Source: an uncultured virus (IMG/VR IMGVR_UViG_3300043101_000273) | Taxonomy: Duplodnaviria > Heunggongvirae > Uroviricota > Caudoviricetes | Direction: 5' to 3' (one strand) | Length of the DNA: 64,000 bases | IMG/VR virus record: IMGVR_UViG_3300043101_000273 | Part shown: positions 45,301-56,590 of the stretch, in pieces | Layout: each line of letters begins with the position of its first letter | How positions within the stretch are numbered: position 1 is the stretch's first letter | Notes under the pieces: model-generated | Seen by the model: only the letters and a program-made list of their open reading frames with translations | Database searches by the model: none | What the model was told of the DNA's origin: nothing | Program-made: the position numbers and the translations under genes

Positions 45301-45903
45301 ATGGGACAAAGAAGTCAAATATATGTAAAGATAACAGAGGAAAACGAGGTAATATTACTTGCCAATTATTACCAATATAATTATGGCGAATCAATGATTA
45401 GTAGGGCGAAAAGTGGTATAGAACATATCAAGTATTATTTGGATACTTATGCTCATAATATTATTTGTTACAATAAGTCAACAAAAGAAAAATTAAGAAG
45501 ATACTTTGACGTTGATTTTGATAAAAAAGATACAACAACTTCTATTGATATTATAAAAGATTATGAGGATTGCAAAGAAAAATATAATCTCGGTGAATTT
45601 AATAGTTATGTATTTTCTGAACAAGATAATAATGATGGCAAATTATTCATTGATGTTGATTACAATACAAAAACAATTAAGTATTGTTTTACAAATAGAA
45701 CAATGACTAGAATTATGAGGGCAAGAGAATACTTTAATTGGGATATGAAAGATAACTGCTTGAAAAATTATGAAATAGAAGAAGTAACAGAAAACAATAT
45801 AAAATTCTTAAATAAAAATACAAAGCTTATGACAAAAGAAGAATTACAAAATTTTATAACTACTGATTACGGGTATAATAAAGAAGAAGTACCACTGTTT
45901 TAA
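45301..45903 (+). CDS. Hypothetical protein, family A
   Basis: Paralog of 13215 with a near-identical terminator. Confidence 0.85.
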   Translation: MGQRSQIYVKITEENEVILLANYYQYNYGESMISRAKSGIEHIKYYLDTYAHNIICYNKSTKEKLRRYFDVDFDKKDTTTSIDIIKDYEDCKEKYNLGEFNSYVFSEQDNNDGKLFIDVDYNTKTIKYCFTNRTMTRIMRAREYFNWDMKDNCLKNYEIEEVTENNIKFLNKNTKLMTKEELQNFITTDYGYNKEEVPLF

Positions 45904-46296
45904 AAATAAAGGGTGAGGATAAAAACCTCACCTTTTTTATTATAAAAATATTTATTTAAGAATAACTTTTTAAGAATGGATTTTAAATAAGTACTTATAA
46001 ATTATCTTTTATTGAGCCGTTAAACGGCTGTATTTTAATTATAAATGTTTTATCTAATAAAAATACTACATTAAATATATAATCCCTCTTAAAACTCAAA
46101 ATAAAGCAAATTTATATAAAAACCAGTATATAATTATTTATTGTTATTTTTTTAAAGAATATTTTAAAAAGCACTTGACAAATTATAAATTATGCAGTAT
46201 AATATAAACAAGTTAAGAGATATAAATACTTAGTAATCACACACAACTAATTATTAAAAAACACTTTTAACAATTATCTTAAAGGAGGATTTCAAT

Positions 46297-46554
46297 ATGA
46301 AAAAGGAATACAGTGATGAATTTTTAAGTAGGTTTACAAAAGTTTTTAGAGATTTTTACAAGGTTTTGTATAATAATGACGGTAATGATATAAGCTATGA
46401 CGCAGTACTTGAAAAAGGCGATGAATACTTGAATGATGAAAATAATAAAGACTTCTTTGTTGCTTTTGCAAAATATAGAGGGGATTTTATTAGTAGTGAT
46501 AGAGAAATTGCAGCACTGGTTTATACAATGGATTTATTTAACAGATACTTTTAA
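46297..46554 (+). CDS. Hypothetical protein
   Basis: Cassette architecture. Confidence 0.8.
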   Translation: MKKEYSDEFLSRFTKVFRDFYKVLYNNDGNDISYDAVLEKGDEYLNDENNKDFFVAFAKYRGDFISSDREIAALVYTMDLFNRYF

Positions 46555-46624
46555 AAACTAAGGGGGAATGAAAAATTCCCCTTTTTATAAAAAATATTTT
46601 TAATATATACGGAGGATTTTTACT

Positions 46625-46915
46625 ATGTTAGAAAATGACTTAAAAGAATTAAAAGAAGCAATTAATGCAAAATTTGAAAAAATTGATAATTTAACAAATA
46701 GAGGTCTTATTTCAGATACTGAAAACAGAAAAATAAAACTTAATATAATAGAAGATGTTATAGAAAATTTAGAAAAGGCATTGAAAATATTAAACACAAT
46801 GAAAAAAGATATGGAAATTGATATGCTTATAGATAAAATAAGAAATGAAAACAAATATCTTATCGAATCACTAATAGAACAAAATATAAAAAATAATGAG
46901 TACAAGGGTGAATAA
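46625..46915 (+). CDS. Coiled-coil hypothetical protein
   Basis: RBS GGAGG. Confidence 0.75.
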   Translation: MLENDLKELKEAINAKFEKIDNLTNRGLISDTENRKIKLNIIEDVIENLEKALKILNTMKKDMEIDMLIDKIRNENKYLIESLIEQNIKNNEYKGE

Positions 46916-47315
46916 AAATCACCCTTTTTTATTTTTAAAAGATAATATTATATTTCAAAAAGATTACAACTATATTACATTATGATTACAAGATAATTTA
47001 TAAATAAAAAGAATTACCAGTACAACTTTTATTAAAAACAATATTCTTATACTTATATAAGCTCATAGATGGCTCATATACAATCATTAGTATAATTCTT
47101 TATAAATTATCTACTAAACATTTTAAAACTTAATACACAGCAATATAAACTGTTGTAATTGATAATTGCTTTATTAAAAATACCTTTTTTAAAAACCGAT
47201 ATTTTTTAAAAAAGTACTTGACAAAATTTAAAATACGTAGTATAATATAAATAAGTTAAGAGATGCGAGAATTTAGTAGTCACATATACATATTTTAAAG
47301 GAGAAAATTTTTACT

Positions 47316-47846
47316 ATGAAGAATATTGATACTATTAAGGATTTAAACACATTACTTGAAAACAAAAACTCTATTGAGGTAGGCATTTCAGAAGAAGTGG
47401 CAAAAGTCATTGCTTTGGATAGTGAAATAAACGATATATATAATCTGATGATAGATAAGATAAAAAAAGATTTGGAGGATTTACAAGATAAGTATTATTC
47501 TCTGAAAATATCAAAAACATACTTTGCTACATCTGTTAAACTTGATGCTGAAGTGGATATATCTAATCCAAAAGTTTGTATAAGATTTGATTCTTATACA
47601 AGAGGAGCATATATTGGATGTGATTCAGAAAACGCAACAATATCTTTATATAATACTATTTCAAATTGGTTCTCTAATGAATCATTAGTTAGTGTTTATA
47701 AACAGTGGAATAAAGTTAAAGCTGAAATTGAAGAAGGAATTGCAAAAGAGTATATTAAAGAAAAAAGTATAAAGCTTGAAAAAATACAAAATGAATATTT
47801 GGAAAAACAAAGTTATCTTAAAGAATTGAAAAGTCTTATTTGCTAA
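47316..47846 (+). CDS. Hypothetical protein, family E
   Basis: IEV...EE.AKV.A...IYN.M..KIKKDL..L.D.Y shared with 59535, 60180, 61164. Confidence 0.85.
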   Translation: MKNIDTIKDLNTLLENKNSIEVGISEEVAKVIALDSEINDIYNLMIDKIKKDLEDLQDKYYSLKISKTYFATSVKLDAEVDISNPKVCIRFDSYTRGAYIGCDSENATISLYNTISNWFSNESLVSVYKQWNKVKAEIEEGIAKEYIKEKSIKLEKIQNEYLEKQSYLKELKSLIC

Positions 47847-48700
47847 TCTTTAAAAGAGGGGATAAAATCTCCCCCTCTTTTTTATTGTTTATAATTTTAT
47901 GTATTGTATTAATAGATATCTTTATATTATTCTTATTAAAAAACTTTATAATATCTTTTTTATAAATGTAGCAATTATTATACAAACCAATTTTAAATAT
48001 TTTTCATAATTACTTTTTTATAAGAGTTTCTTTATAAAAATCATTAGAAATTTTACCCACCCTTATAAAAAGGGAATATTCTTTTTAAATATTTTATAAC
48101 ACAAAAAGAATTAAGTATAATCGCAGCTTATATAATAAAAGTTTAAACTGTAAAATTATTCTATAAAAACATTTTATATTATCCTTTAATAAAAATTCTT
48201 ATAAGTCAAAATATTTTATATATCAAAAAATTCTTATATAGAAAAAATAAAACAAGTAATACGGCAGATAAACATTTCTTAATATACAATTTTTACTTAT
48301 AATAAATTCTACTGGTGAATGTTTTTTAATAAATATATATAATAAAAATAATCCTTATGATAGAAATTAAAAAAGATTTTTATTTTTGCTTTTTATAAAA
48401 ATTACATTCTTAATAATTTAAAATATGCCTTAAAAATATTGTCTAAGAATATTATTAAAACTTTTTTATTATAAAAAGATTAAATATAAGGTTCTTTATA
48501 AAAAGGCTTTTTAAAATAAATCTTATTATATATGATTTTGTAAAGTATACTTTCATTATATGGCAAAAAATAATTCAAGTATATTTTATAAACACTTTAT
48601 AATCAATTTAATAAGCCTTTAAATCTTATATAAGAATTTATAATTATACAAAAAAGAACAGGTTGTTATACCTGTCTTTTTTTACCTCGCTAGGGTAGTT

Positions 48701-48850
48701 CTATAAATTATTTCTTATTTGATAGAAAATAAAAGAAATACTAATGCTAATCAAAGAACAACAATACGCAGCGAATAAAAAACAAATAATCGCATTTATA
48801 ATAAAACATATCATACAGGTATTTGTAATTGTTAGTATTTTACTTTTCAT
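48701..48850 (-). CDS. Hydrophobic Cys-rich micropeptide, 49 aa
   Basis: MKSKILTITNTCMICFIINAIICFLFAAYCCSLISISISFIFYQIRNNL; RBS AGGTGAG. Confidence 0.5.
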   Translation of the reverse strand: MKSKILTITNTCMICFIINAIICFLFAAYCCSLISISISFIFYQIRNNL

Positions 48851-49021
48851 AAAAAACTCACCTACTTTTTTTCGTTTTACTAATATAAAAATATTTAATA
48901 ATTTTATATTAAAGTTGCAATGGGGGAATAACCCTTTTTCAGAAGGGAGTTCACTTATTTAGCATAAATCAAATTTTTTCTTTTTTTTTGAGTAGCTGTT
49001 TTTAATTTTTATTGAAGGCAA

Positions 49022-49468
49022 CTATTTTTTATTACATATATTTTCTAATAAATCTTTCACTAAGTCATTAGTAGCTAAGTAATAATCGTTGTTTATTTCT
49101 ACATTCTCATATTCTTTTAAATCCAGTACATTATTTAATGTATCTTTATTTAAAATTTTTAAAACACAATTATTCTTATTTTTACCATTTGTTATCTTCC
49201 TTATAAGATTATTTTTCTTTTTATTATCAATGATTCTATCGTATGAATAATTTAATAAGTAATCATCATAGAAATGTAAAAGATTCATTACAATTAATTC
49301 AGCTCCGTATTGTTTTAAAAATTTAAAATCTTCCAACACGATATATTCATCATTCAAAGATTTTACATATTTAATATTATTATCATTTAAAAAATTTTCG
49401 AACTTTTCATCCCTATAAAAAGAAATACTAAATGTTGAATATACACAATCTATTTTTTTTACTTTCAT
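49022..49468 (-). CDS. Hypothetical protein
   Basis: RBS AAGGAG. Confidence 0.7.
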   Translation of the reverse strand: MKVKKIDCVYSTFSISFYRDEKFENFLNDNNIKYVKSLNDEYIVLEDFKFLKQYGAELIVMNLLHFYDDYLLNYSYDRIIDNKKKNNLIRKITNGKNKNNCVLKILNKDTLNNVLDLKEYENVEINNDYYLATNDLVKDLLENICNKK

Positions 49469-49758
49469 ACATAGTCATCTCCTTTTATTATAATAACATA
49501 TTTTTTCTTAAAAGTCAAAAAATAATATTAGAAAAATTAAAAACCTTTGTTTGTATAGGTTTTGTTCGTATCGTTTTTTCTATTTACGTCCATTACTCGA
49601 TATTTTTTGGACTTATTGTAAAACATTATAATAGCAATTTATATATAAAAATATTTCCAAAAAACCACTTGACAAAATATAAAAAATATAGTATAATATA
49701 AACAAGATAAAAAACAATATAAAACTATTACACACATTATAAAAGGAGGTTTTTAATT

Positions 49759-50952
49759 ATGAGATTAAATATTTTTGAAACTAAAGTAGAACAGGTAAAA
49801 AATTATATAAATGAAGTGAATAAAGCAATTAAGCCGCTAGGTATGAATATTGCTTGTAAAGTACTAAATAAAACAAAAGTAGTAGTTGTAAAAGATAATA
49901 ATGAAGATATAACAATTAATTGTGTATCTTTGAGTATTACAACATCTTCTTTGAAGAGTGAAGATTGGAAACTTATAGGAACAATACAACATACTGATAA
50001 TGGTAATATTGTAACTTGTTTTCAAAAGAATCCATTATCAGAAATTTATAATGTAGCACCTTACATTTGTGATTTCTGTGACGATATTTCTAATAGAAAT
50101 GTATCTTTCATTATTAAGAATGTTAAGAATGACAAAGAAGAAAAACAGGTATGCTATGATTGTTTAAAAAATTATGCTAAAATAAATAATAAAAAAGCTT
50201 TTATAATAATGCAAATATTCAATAAATTGCTAAAATTTGAACATTTCAACAAAGAAGAAATTATCAAAAATCTTAATTATATTGATGTTAAATTAATGCT
50301 TAAAATTGTCAACTTTGTGACCAATAAATATGGTTTTGTTAAAGCTAAAGAAAAAAATCCTACAAAAGATATTGTTTTTAATTTTTATAAGCAGATAATA
50401 AATAATAATGATTATAAAAAAGATATTGTTACAATAAAGAATAATAATGAAGATATAGTGATAAATCTTAAAGAACAAGAAGAAGCAGTAAATGAAGTTG
50501 TTGCTTTTGCAAAAAATAGAGGTAGAATGAATTATCCGATAATGGATAATGATAAAAGTTATTTTTCTAAGCTTACAAGTGTTTGCAGAACTGATATTAC
50601 TAATGCTGAAAATGTAAAAATCCTTGCATCAACATTTTCTTTCTACAATAAACTTAAAAATCTTAATCCATCGAGTGTCAATAGAGCTTCTACGTATGTA
50701 GGAACAATTGGAGATAGGATTGTTGTTGGATTAGTTAAATGTATAATTCTAGCAACTTGGAGAGATATAGGCAATGAAACCATTTATCTATACAAATTTG
50801 AGGATAGAGATGGTAATATATATGTTTGGAAAACTTATAAAGTGCTAGACACAAGTAAAGAAATGGTTCTTAAATGCACTGTTAAAGCTCACAATCTATA
50901 CAAAAAGCAAGAAAAGCAAACAGAAATTACACGTTGTAAACTTATTGCATAA
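49759..50952 (+). CDS. Phage hypothetical protein with CxxC pairs and a probable C-terminal OB-like domain
   Basis: CDFC...CYDCL; S.YVG.IGDR...F.D..GN.YVWKT...TVK.H..Y....QT.I.RC. Confidence 0.8.
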   Translation: MRLNIFETKVEQVKNYINEVNKAIKPLGMNIACKVLNKTKVVVVKDNNEDITINCVSLSITTSSLKSEDWKLIGTIQHTDNGNIVTCFQKNPLSEIYNVAPYICDFCDDISNRNVSFIIKNVKNDKEEKQVCYDCLKNYAKINNKKAFIIMQIFNKLLKFEHFNKEEIIKNLNYIDVKLMLKIVNFVTNKYGFVKAKEKNPTKDIVFNFYKQIINNNDYKKDIVTIKNNNEDIVINLKEQEEAVNEVVAFAKNRGRMNYPIMDNDKSYFSKLTSVCRTDITNAENVKILASTFSFYNKLKNLNPSSVNRASTYVGTIGDRIVVGLVKCIILATWRDIGNETIYLYKFEDRDGNIYVWKTYKVLDTSKEMVLKCTVKAHNLYKKQEKQTEITRCKLIA

Positions 50953-51157
50953 CTATCAAAAGTATATTGAAGAATATATTAAAAAATATTTTATATAAAA
51001 AAACTTATAATAAATATTTTTACAATAAGCTTTCTAACTAAACTCCTTTATAAATTTCTAGGGGGATGATTTTAAACAATTATCTCCCTAGATTTTCTAA
51101 TACTATAAAATAATTATATATTATATAATAAAAATATTATATGTTGACTTCTAAGAC

Positions 51158-51408
51158 TTATCAACATTATCAATATAGTTATTAACATTGTATGTTAATA
51201 TGTGTTAATAACTCTAGTTTTATTCACATAACAATTAGTTTGAAAAATAAAACTATGTGAATTAATGTTGATAATGTTAATAACTAACACACTTATCAAC
51301 ACGTTATTAACATACTTATTCAGCGACATAGTACTGTTTTTAGTCACTTATCAACATTTTTCGACTTCCCCTACTACTATATATTAATTAATAAAAGAAT
51401 ATATATAC
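51158..51408 (+). other. oriC-like DnaA-dependent origin (DnaA boxes + DnaA-trios + AT cluster)
   Basis: TTATCAACA at 51158, 51293, 51348 and (rc) 51266; TTATTAACA at 51179, 51304 and (rc) 51203, 51275; TTATTCACA 51220; then TTCCC-CTACTACTA-TATATTAATTAAT. Confidence 0.75.
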
Positions 51409-52109
51409 ATGAATTCATGCATGATTAATTCTTCTTTTATTATTAATATTTCTTTTATTATATTTATAATTAATAATATTCTTAGTGAAGTTAGATTAGT
51501 ATATCTATATAACCTATATATTATATCATATAACTTTAAATTAATCAATAGGGATTTTACTTATGTTGTAATATTAAATATATCCAACTACATAAATCAA
51601 TCATTACCCATACTTAAAATCAATTATATTACCCTTGTTTACCGTTTTAGTATAACTTTAGATAAATTTTCTATGTTATTATAAATAAATCAATTATAAG
51701 CCTAATACAAGCCATTATTCAAGTATAAGAAAAATATTATATAACCATCTGCGATAACAATAACCAAATACAACCTGTATAATATAAATCCTATAATTCT
51801 TTTAATTTTATAAAAAATTCTTCGGGTATATAAAATTAAACAATACAGTTGGTGTTACATTATATAAAAATACCTATCGTATAATAAATCGTATTTGCGT
51901 TTATTTGCCGTTGAATGATATTTAGATAGACAACTCTACCATATTTCCTTAAAATTGATTCTAAGGGCAATTAAATCGATTTTAAGGCATATCATAAAAA
52001 CATTAAAGTACAGATAAACAATTATTTAAGACTTTAACCACTTAAAAATAAAAAATTAAAAAAATGATAAAAAAGTACTTGACAAGTGAAATAATATGAT
52101 GTATAATTA

Positions 52110-52225
52110 TCTTGTTTTTAAGTAAACATTTCAATAAGATTTCTGAAAAATATATTTTTTTGGAGTTTACTTTCTCTTTTCTAAAAGGGCATTATATAAA
52201 AACATTTTTAGTGATGCCCTTTATT
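52110..52225 (+). ncRNA. Putative ~110-nt small RNA
   Basis: Consensus promoter TTGACA(52079)-17-TATAAT(52102), no RBS or ORF, AGTAAAC/GTTTACT stem, terminator AAAGGGCATTAT...GTGATGCCCTTT. Confidence 0.45.
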
Positions 52226-52835
52226 AAAGATTAAAATACAGCTGTAAAAAGATATATGGTAAAACATTTAAAGATTTTTTAAAGATTAATAAAATTAAAG
52301 AGACATATATATAAAAACATATTTGTAACATTAAAATTCATTTTATTGAAAATTGTTTTACTTGAAAATAATAAAAATACTAATAAAAAACTGGAGCGGA
52401 ATAACTTATAAAATAATTTAATGATTATTATACAGAATGTTTTATGATTATTCGAAACATTTCATAAGTGTTATGTAAAATAATTATAAATTATTTGTGG
52501 AGAGTAGTTTTTGATGAAAATATTAGGGTTCTTAAAGATACTTTTTGTGAGAAGGTATTTTGAATAAAAGTTTCATTAAAAAAACGTATTTTAAAAAACA
52601 CATTTTTACAAATCGTATACAGATAATATTTGTATATACTAAGACTTTTTAAAAATGCAGCTCCGATATTTTTTGGATAAATTCTTTTGGATGATTATAT
52701 ATTGTGTGTATACCTCTATATTGAAAAACATTCAAAAAAGATATTTAAAAAATTATTAGTATTAAAAGGAATTTTGCAATAAGAAAAGAACAGGGAATTT
52801 ATTCTCTGTTCTTTTTTGTTAGTAAAAAATATAAA

Positions 52836-53246
52836 TTATTTATAATATAAAATCTGATTTAATGGTTTCAATCTTAAAAGAAAAGAACTAGCATTATTAT
52901 CTTTTTCAAAATAAATACAACTATCAATCCCCAATTCTTTAAGGATATTAATAGTAGTTTGTTTATTTACAATTAAATTACCTAACAAATCAGAAAATTC
53001 ATCATTAGATAAATGTGTATGCCCTAATTCTTTATTAAAACTTACACCATACAATCTTAAAACAAATCTTATATTATCTAAATTAAAAGTTTGTGAATAA
53101 AATTTTATTTCTCCACCATACATACTTATATATAACAATAAATAATCTTCCGTACTACCTATTTTTAACAAACTATTATGAGTTACTATTTTCTGTAAAT
53201 CAGAAAAACTAATAATAGTATTATCTTCTTTGTTTATTAAAACCAT
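52836..53246 (-). CDS. Hypothetical protein
   Basis: ORF ending at a terminator (~52785-52817); weak RBS. Confidence 0.6.
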   Translation of the reverse strand: MVLINKEDNTIISFSDLQKIVTHNSLLKIGSTEDYLLLYISMYGGEIKFYSQTFNLDNIRFVLRLYGVSFNKELGHTHLSNDEFSDLLGNLIVNKQTTINILKELGIDSCIYFEKDNNASSFLLRLKPLNQILYYK

Positions 53247-53252
53247 TTATAA

Positions 53253-53534
53253 TCATCTCGCTTTTATATAATTATAGCTCACACAACTTTTATCCCTTGT
53301 ATCATCATACTGTGACAAATCTTTTAATAGATTATTGATTTTTAATAAATCTCCCTTACAAAGATAAGAGATTACTTTAAAAGTTTCATTAGGAAAATAA
53401 CAATCCCAGTTCCAATTGGAATAAATAAAATTTTCCAATTTTTCTTTTAACAATCTTTCAGTAGTAGGTAATTCAATAAAACTTGTATAACCATTGTTCA
53501 AATTTGTCAATTCAATATTATAACTTAAATTCAT
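53253..53534 (-). CDS. Hypothetical protein
   Basis: RBS AAGGAG. Confidence 0.65.
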   Translation of the reverse strand: MNLSYNIELTNLNNGYTSFIELPTTERLLKEKLENFIYSNWNWDCYFPNETFKVISYLCKGDLLKINNLLKDLSQYDDTRDKSCVSYNYIKAR

Positions 53535-53615
53535 AACGTATTTTATTCTCCTTTTACTTTTGTAGAAATATCTTTTTAGAAAATTCTTTTTTAAATTATC
53601 TTTTTAAAAAATTTT

Positions 53616-53987
53616 TTAATACACTTTCCATACACCGTCTGGTCTCATTTTTGCAATAGTTAATAACTGATTTAATGCTCTTTTAGCATTACCTTCGGTA
53701 GGTTTCCAATAATCATTATCTGTATTATCAGATAAGTTACTTATAGCCCTATTTAACAAAGGAATGGTTTCTAATGCAGTTTTACCATCAAAGATTTCAG
53801 CGTAACTTTTTTCTTGCGGATTATCAAACATAGCAGGATTAATAACCTTTGAATAATTATAAGTTACGTTTAAATGCAATTGATTAGTACCATCGGGGCA
53901 ATAAGTACCACCAAACATAAAATGCGGCGTATCAATTGTTAATACTTCTTCCGACACTGAATCACATAAATAAAAATCCCAACTCAT
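53616..53987 (-). CDS. Phage-type hypothetical protein (GGTY...LNVTYNY...DYWKPTEGNA...RPDGVW)
   Basis: RBS AAGGAGG; motif-rich. Confidence 0.85.
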   Translation of the reverse strand: MSWDFYLCDSVSEEVLTIDTPHFMFGGTYCPDGTNQLHLNVTYNYSKVINPAMFDNPQEKSYAEIFDGKTALETIPLLNRAISNLSDNTDNDYWKPTEGNAKRALNQLLTIAKMRPDGVWKVY

Positions 53988-54030
53988 AACAAAAATCCTC
54001 CTTTAATAAAACCATATTTATAGTGTAATT

Positions 54031-54219
54031 TTATCTGTTGTTTATTAATACAATTTTTCCTACACTTTCCCTGTTGAAAAATATAGGTGTGTTATCAGAT
54101 TTAGAGTGTACCCTAACAAATGAACTTCCTGTTTTCTTAACAACAGAAGAACATAATGATTCCCTTTCAGCATTTAATTTTTCCTCTGTATTATGAAATG
54201 TAACAGTGTTTTCAATCAT
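54031..54219 (-). CDS. Small hypothetical protein
   Basis: Promoter ~54294, RBS GGAGG. Confidence 0.7.
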   Translation of the reverse strand: MIENTVTFHNTEEKLNAERESLCSSVVKKTGSSFVRVHSKSDNTPIFFNRESVGKIVLINNR

Positions 54220-54485
54220 AAAAATACCTCCATTACTATAATTGGCTCATATAAATTTTATATTAATTTCATTTTAGCATTAGCAAAATACTTTGTCAAG
54301 CACTAATATTATTTTAACCATATAATATTGAAAATAATGAAATTATTCTTACTATTAATATTATACTACAAAATTTATTTATTGTCAACAATGTTAGTTA
54401 TTATTTCATTAGAATAAAAAGGTAATATAAAGAAATTTTTCATAAAGAAGTTTTTTCTATATTACCTTTTTTATATTTTTAAAAA

Positions 54486-55856
54486 TTATTCAACTTTTGT
54501 TTTAGTCTTTTTAGACTTCTTTTTTGTTGACTTTTCTTTGACAACCTTTTCACCATTTGCATATACAATATTAGTTGATAATGCAATATTCCTCGCTGCG
54601 TTTAAATCAGCATTTATTTTAGTACCACAAGCCTTACATTCAAAATTTTTACCATTTCTTTGACCTTCTTCCCAGTGTCCGCAAGAAGAACAAATCTGTG
54701 AGGTATGATATGGATTTACTTTTCTTAATTCAATACCATATTTAGCTGCCTTATATTCAATCTGCGTTTGCAATTGATAATAAGACCAATTTCTTAAAAC
54801 AAAATCATTAGTATTATAACCTTCCAAATTTTCAACATTGATATATTTAGCTTTATTTCTTAAAGCAAAATCAACAACTCGTTTACTTATCATATGATTA
54901 TAAGTGTTTACATAATTTCTTTCTTTTTTGTTAAAAACTTCCAATGCTTTAAGTTTTTTATTTCTTCCGTGACCTCCTTTAGAGTTTTTCAAATTTCTTT
55001 GAAAACGTCTTTTTTGTTTTTGCAGTTGTGTTCTAACCTTTAAAAAATCCTCTTTATCTCCTAAAGGCTTGTTTGCAACGGTATTATTTGTTGCACAATA
55101 AGCAGGTATATTAATTCCCAAATCAACACCTACAACTGTATTCTCATCAAGTTCCACAAATGATTTAGGTATTTCCAAAGATAGATTAAGAATAATTTTA
55201 TTACCATCTATTCCAATACTACTGCCTTTTATTTGATATATTTTATCAATCATAACCTTTTGCAGAATACTTCTTAATTCAAATGACTTCTTAAAATTCT
55301 TTCCGTTGTCTAAAATAACCTTAAATTTAATTTTATGAACCCATTCCATTCTAAGAGATAAATCTTTCTTATACAAATGATTTAAAAATTCTTCATCGTT
55401 TTCATAATCGTGTTTGAATTTAATATCCCTTCCCCTTGTTAAAAGTGGAACATCTGATTTGTAATTATTTATACTTCTTTCACCATATCTCAATCCATTA
55501 TTTAATGCAGTTTTAAAATCTTGCTGAACTTTTTTATGCAATTGTGATTGAGAATCTACACCTGTTGCAAATGTAATATCTGCCGATGTATATAAAGAGT
55601 CATAATAAGATTTTTGAAAAAGTTCCTTTTTCTCTTTTTTATAATCAGCATTATTCTCATTACAATTATATTTATAATATAAAGTCATAAGTTGGCTCAT
55701 CATAAGATTTAAAGCATTATTTTGGGCTTTTTGACCATCTCTTATAAATTTATATGCTTTATTAACTTCTTCTTCGTCACCAATAGGATAAAGTGCAATC
55801 TTCCTACAAATAATCATAGTTTTACTTATATTTTTTTCTTCTTTATTGTTTTCCAT
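54486..55856 (-). CDS. cas12f: Cas12f1/TnpB-family RNA-guided nuclease, RuvC apparently intact
   Basis: RuvC-I VVGVDLGINIPAYC, GGHGRNKKLKAL, YNH.ISK.VV, RuvC-II INVENL, LRNWSYYQLQ.QIEYKA, PYHTSQ.CS.CG..C..CG Zn finger, RuvC-III NADLNAARNIA; GERS..NYK...PL.TRGRD as in clostridial Cas12f1. Confidence 0.88.
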   Translation of the reverse strand: MENNKEEKNISKTMIICRKIALYPIGDEEEVNKAYKFIRDGQKAQNNALNLMMSQLMTLYYKYNCNENNADYKKEKKELFQKSYYDSLYTSADITFATGVDSQSQLHKKVQQDFKTALNNGLRYGERSINNYKSDVPLLTRGRDIKFKHDYENDEEFLNHLYKKDLSLRMEWVHKIKFKVILDNGKNFKKSFELRSILQKVMIDKIYQIKGSSIGIDGNKIILNLSLEIPKSFVELDENTVVGVDLGINIPAYCATNNTVANKPLGDKEDFLKVRTQLQKQKRRFQRNLKNSKGGHGRNKKLKALEVFNKKERNYVNTYNHMISKRVVDFALRNKAKYINVENLEGYNTNDFVLRNWSYYQLQTQIEYKAAKYGIELRKVNPYHTSQICSSCGHWEEGQRNGKNFECKACGTKINADLNAARNIALSTNIVYANGEKVVKEKSTKKKSKKTKTKVE

Positions 55857-55951
55857 TATAAATCCTCCATATATTCTTTAGGTATTTTTTAATAAAAATC
55901 TTTTAATAACATCTTTTTGTAACAATATTTCTTTTTTTTAACATTGTATTT

Positions 55952-56359
55952 TTATTCGGCTTTTATCCAATAATTACCTATTTTACCTTTTGAACAATCC
56001 CAAGTATCATATACCTTATTGTCCTTAATACAAGTTATGTGATGAGTACCAATTTTTGCAATACAAATTCCTTTAAATTGCTTGCAAAATTCTTCACCAG
56101 TATATTTTGTATTATCATATTTCTTCGGCTGCTTCATTTTAACCCAACCTATTTTTTCCATATATTTCTCAATGCCTTTTTTATCATTTAAACAATAACC
56201 AGTTTCAAGCATTGTTTGTACCATTTCCATTACAACATCATTATAATTTTTCCCAGTTGCTAATGAAATAGCTCTAAAAACACAATCGCCAGTTATTCTA
56301 TTTTTAGGGTTAGCATTGTAATAAGTAAATGTATCTGTATCATTAACTATTCTTTTCAT
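55952..56359 (-). CDS. Phage-type protein (NP....GDCV.RAIS.A...HH..C......DTWD), possibly peptidase-like
   Basis: Motifs; co-transcribed upstream of cas12f. Confidence 0.75.
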   Translation of the reverse strand: MKRIVNDTDTFTYYNANPKNRITGDCVFRAISLATGKNYNDVVMEMVQTMLETGYCLNDKKGIEKYMEKIGWVKMKQPKKYDNTKYTGEEFCKQFKGICIAKIGTHHITCIKDNKVYDTWDCSKGKIGNYWIKAE

Positions 56360-56377
56360 TATTCATTCCACCTTTCA

Positions 56378-56590
56378 TTATTGAAAAAATTTTTTCTTTG
56401 AATATTCACAATGAGTGCAATCGTCACTCAAACAATAATTACAAGGTGTATCTTGTTTACTTGTTATTTCATCAATCTTCTTGTTATAATTAAAGAAGTT
56501 ATCTTCATAATAACTGTTTGAATAATCCTTTTCATAATAACCTTCTTCGTAATAATCTTCCATTTCATTATCAGTGTAAATATTGTACAT
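56378..56590 (-). CDS. Small acidic, Cys-containing protein
   Basis: Promoter 56655, RBS; first gene of the cas12f operon. Confidence 0.7.
   Translation of the reverse strand: MYNIYTDNEMEDYYEEGYYEKDYSNSYYEDNFFNYNKKIDEITSKQDTPCNYCLSDDCTHCEYSKKKFFQ

Noticed and set aside
51409..51684. 91-aa ORF after the DnaA-box cluster
   Set aside because: No RBS; low-complexity I/N/L composition from AT-rich DNA.
54420..55950. Intact IS200/IS605 or IS607 element
   Set aside because: No tnpA or serine recombinase and no recognisable element ends; the gene is followed by an ordinary bidirectional terminator.
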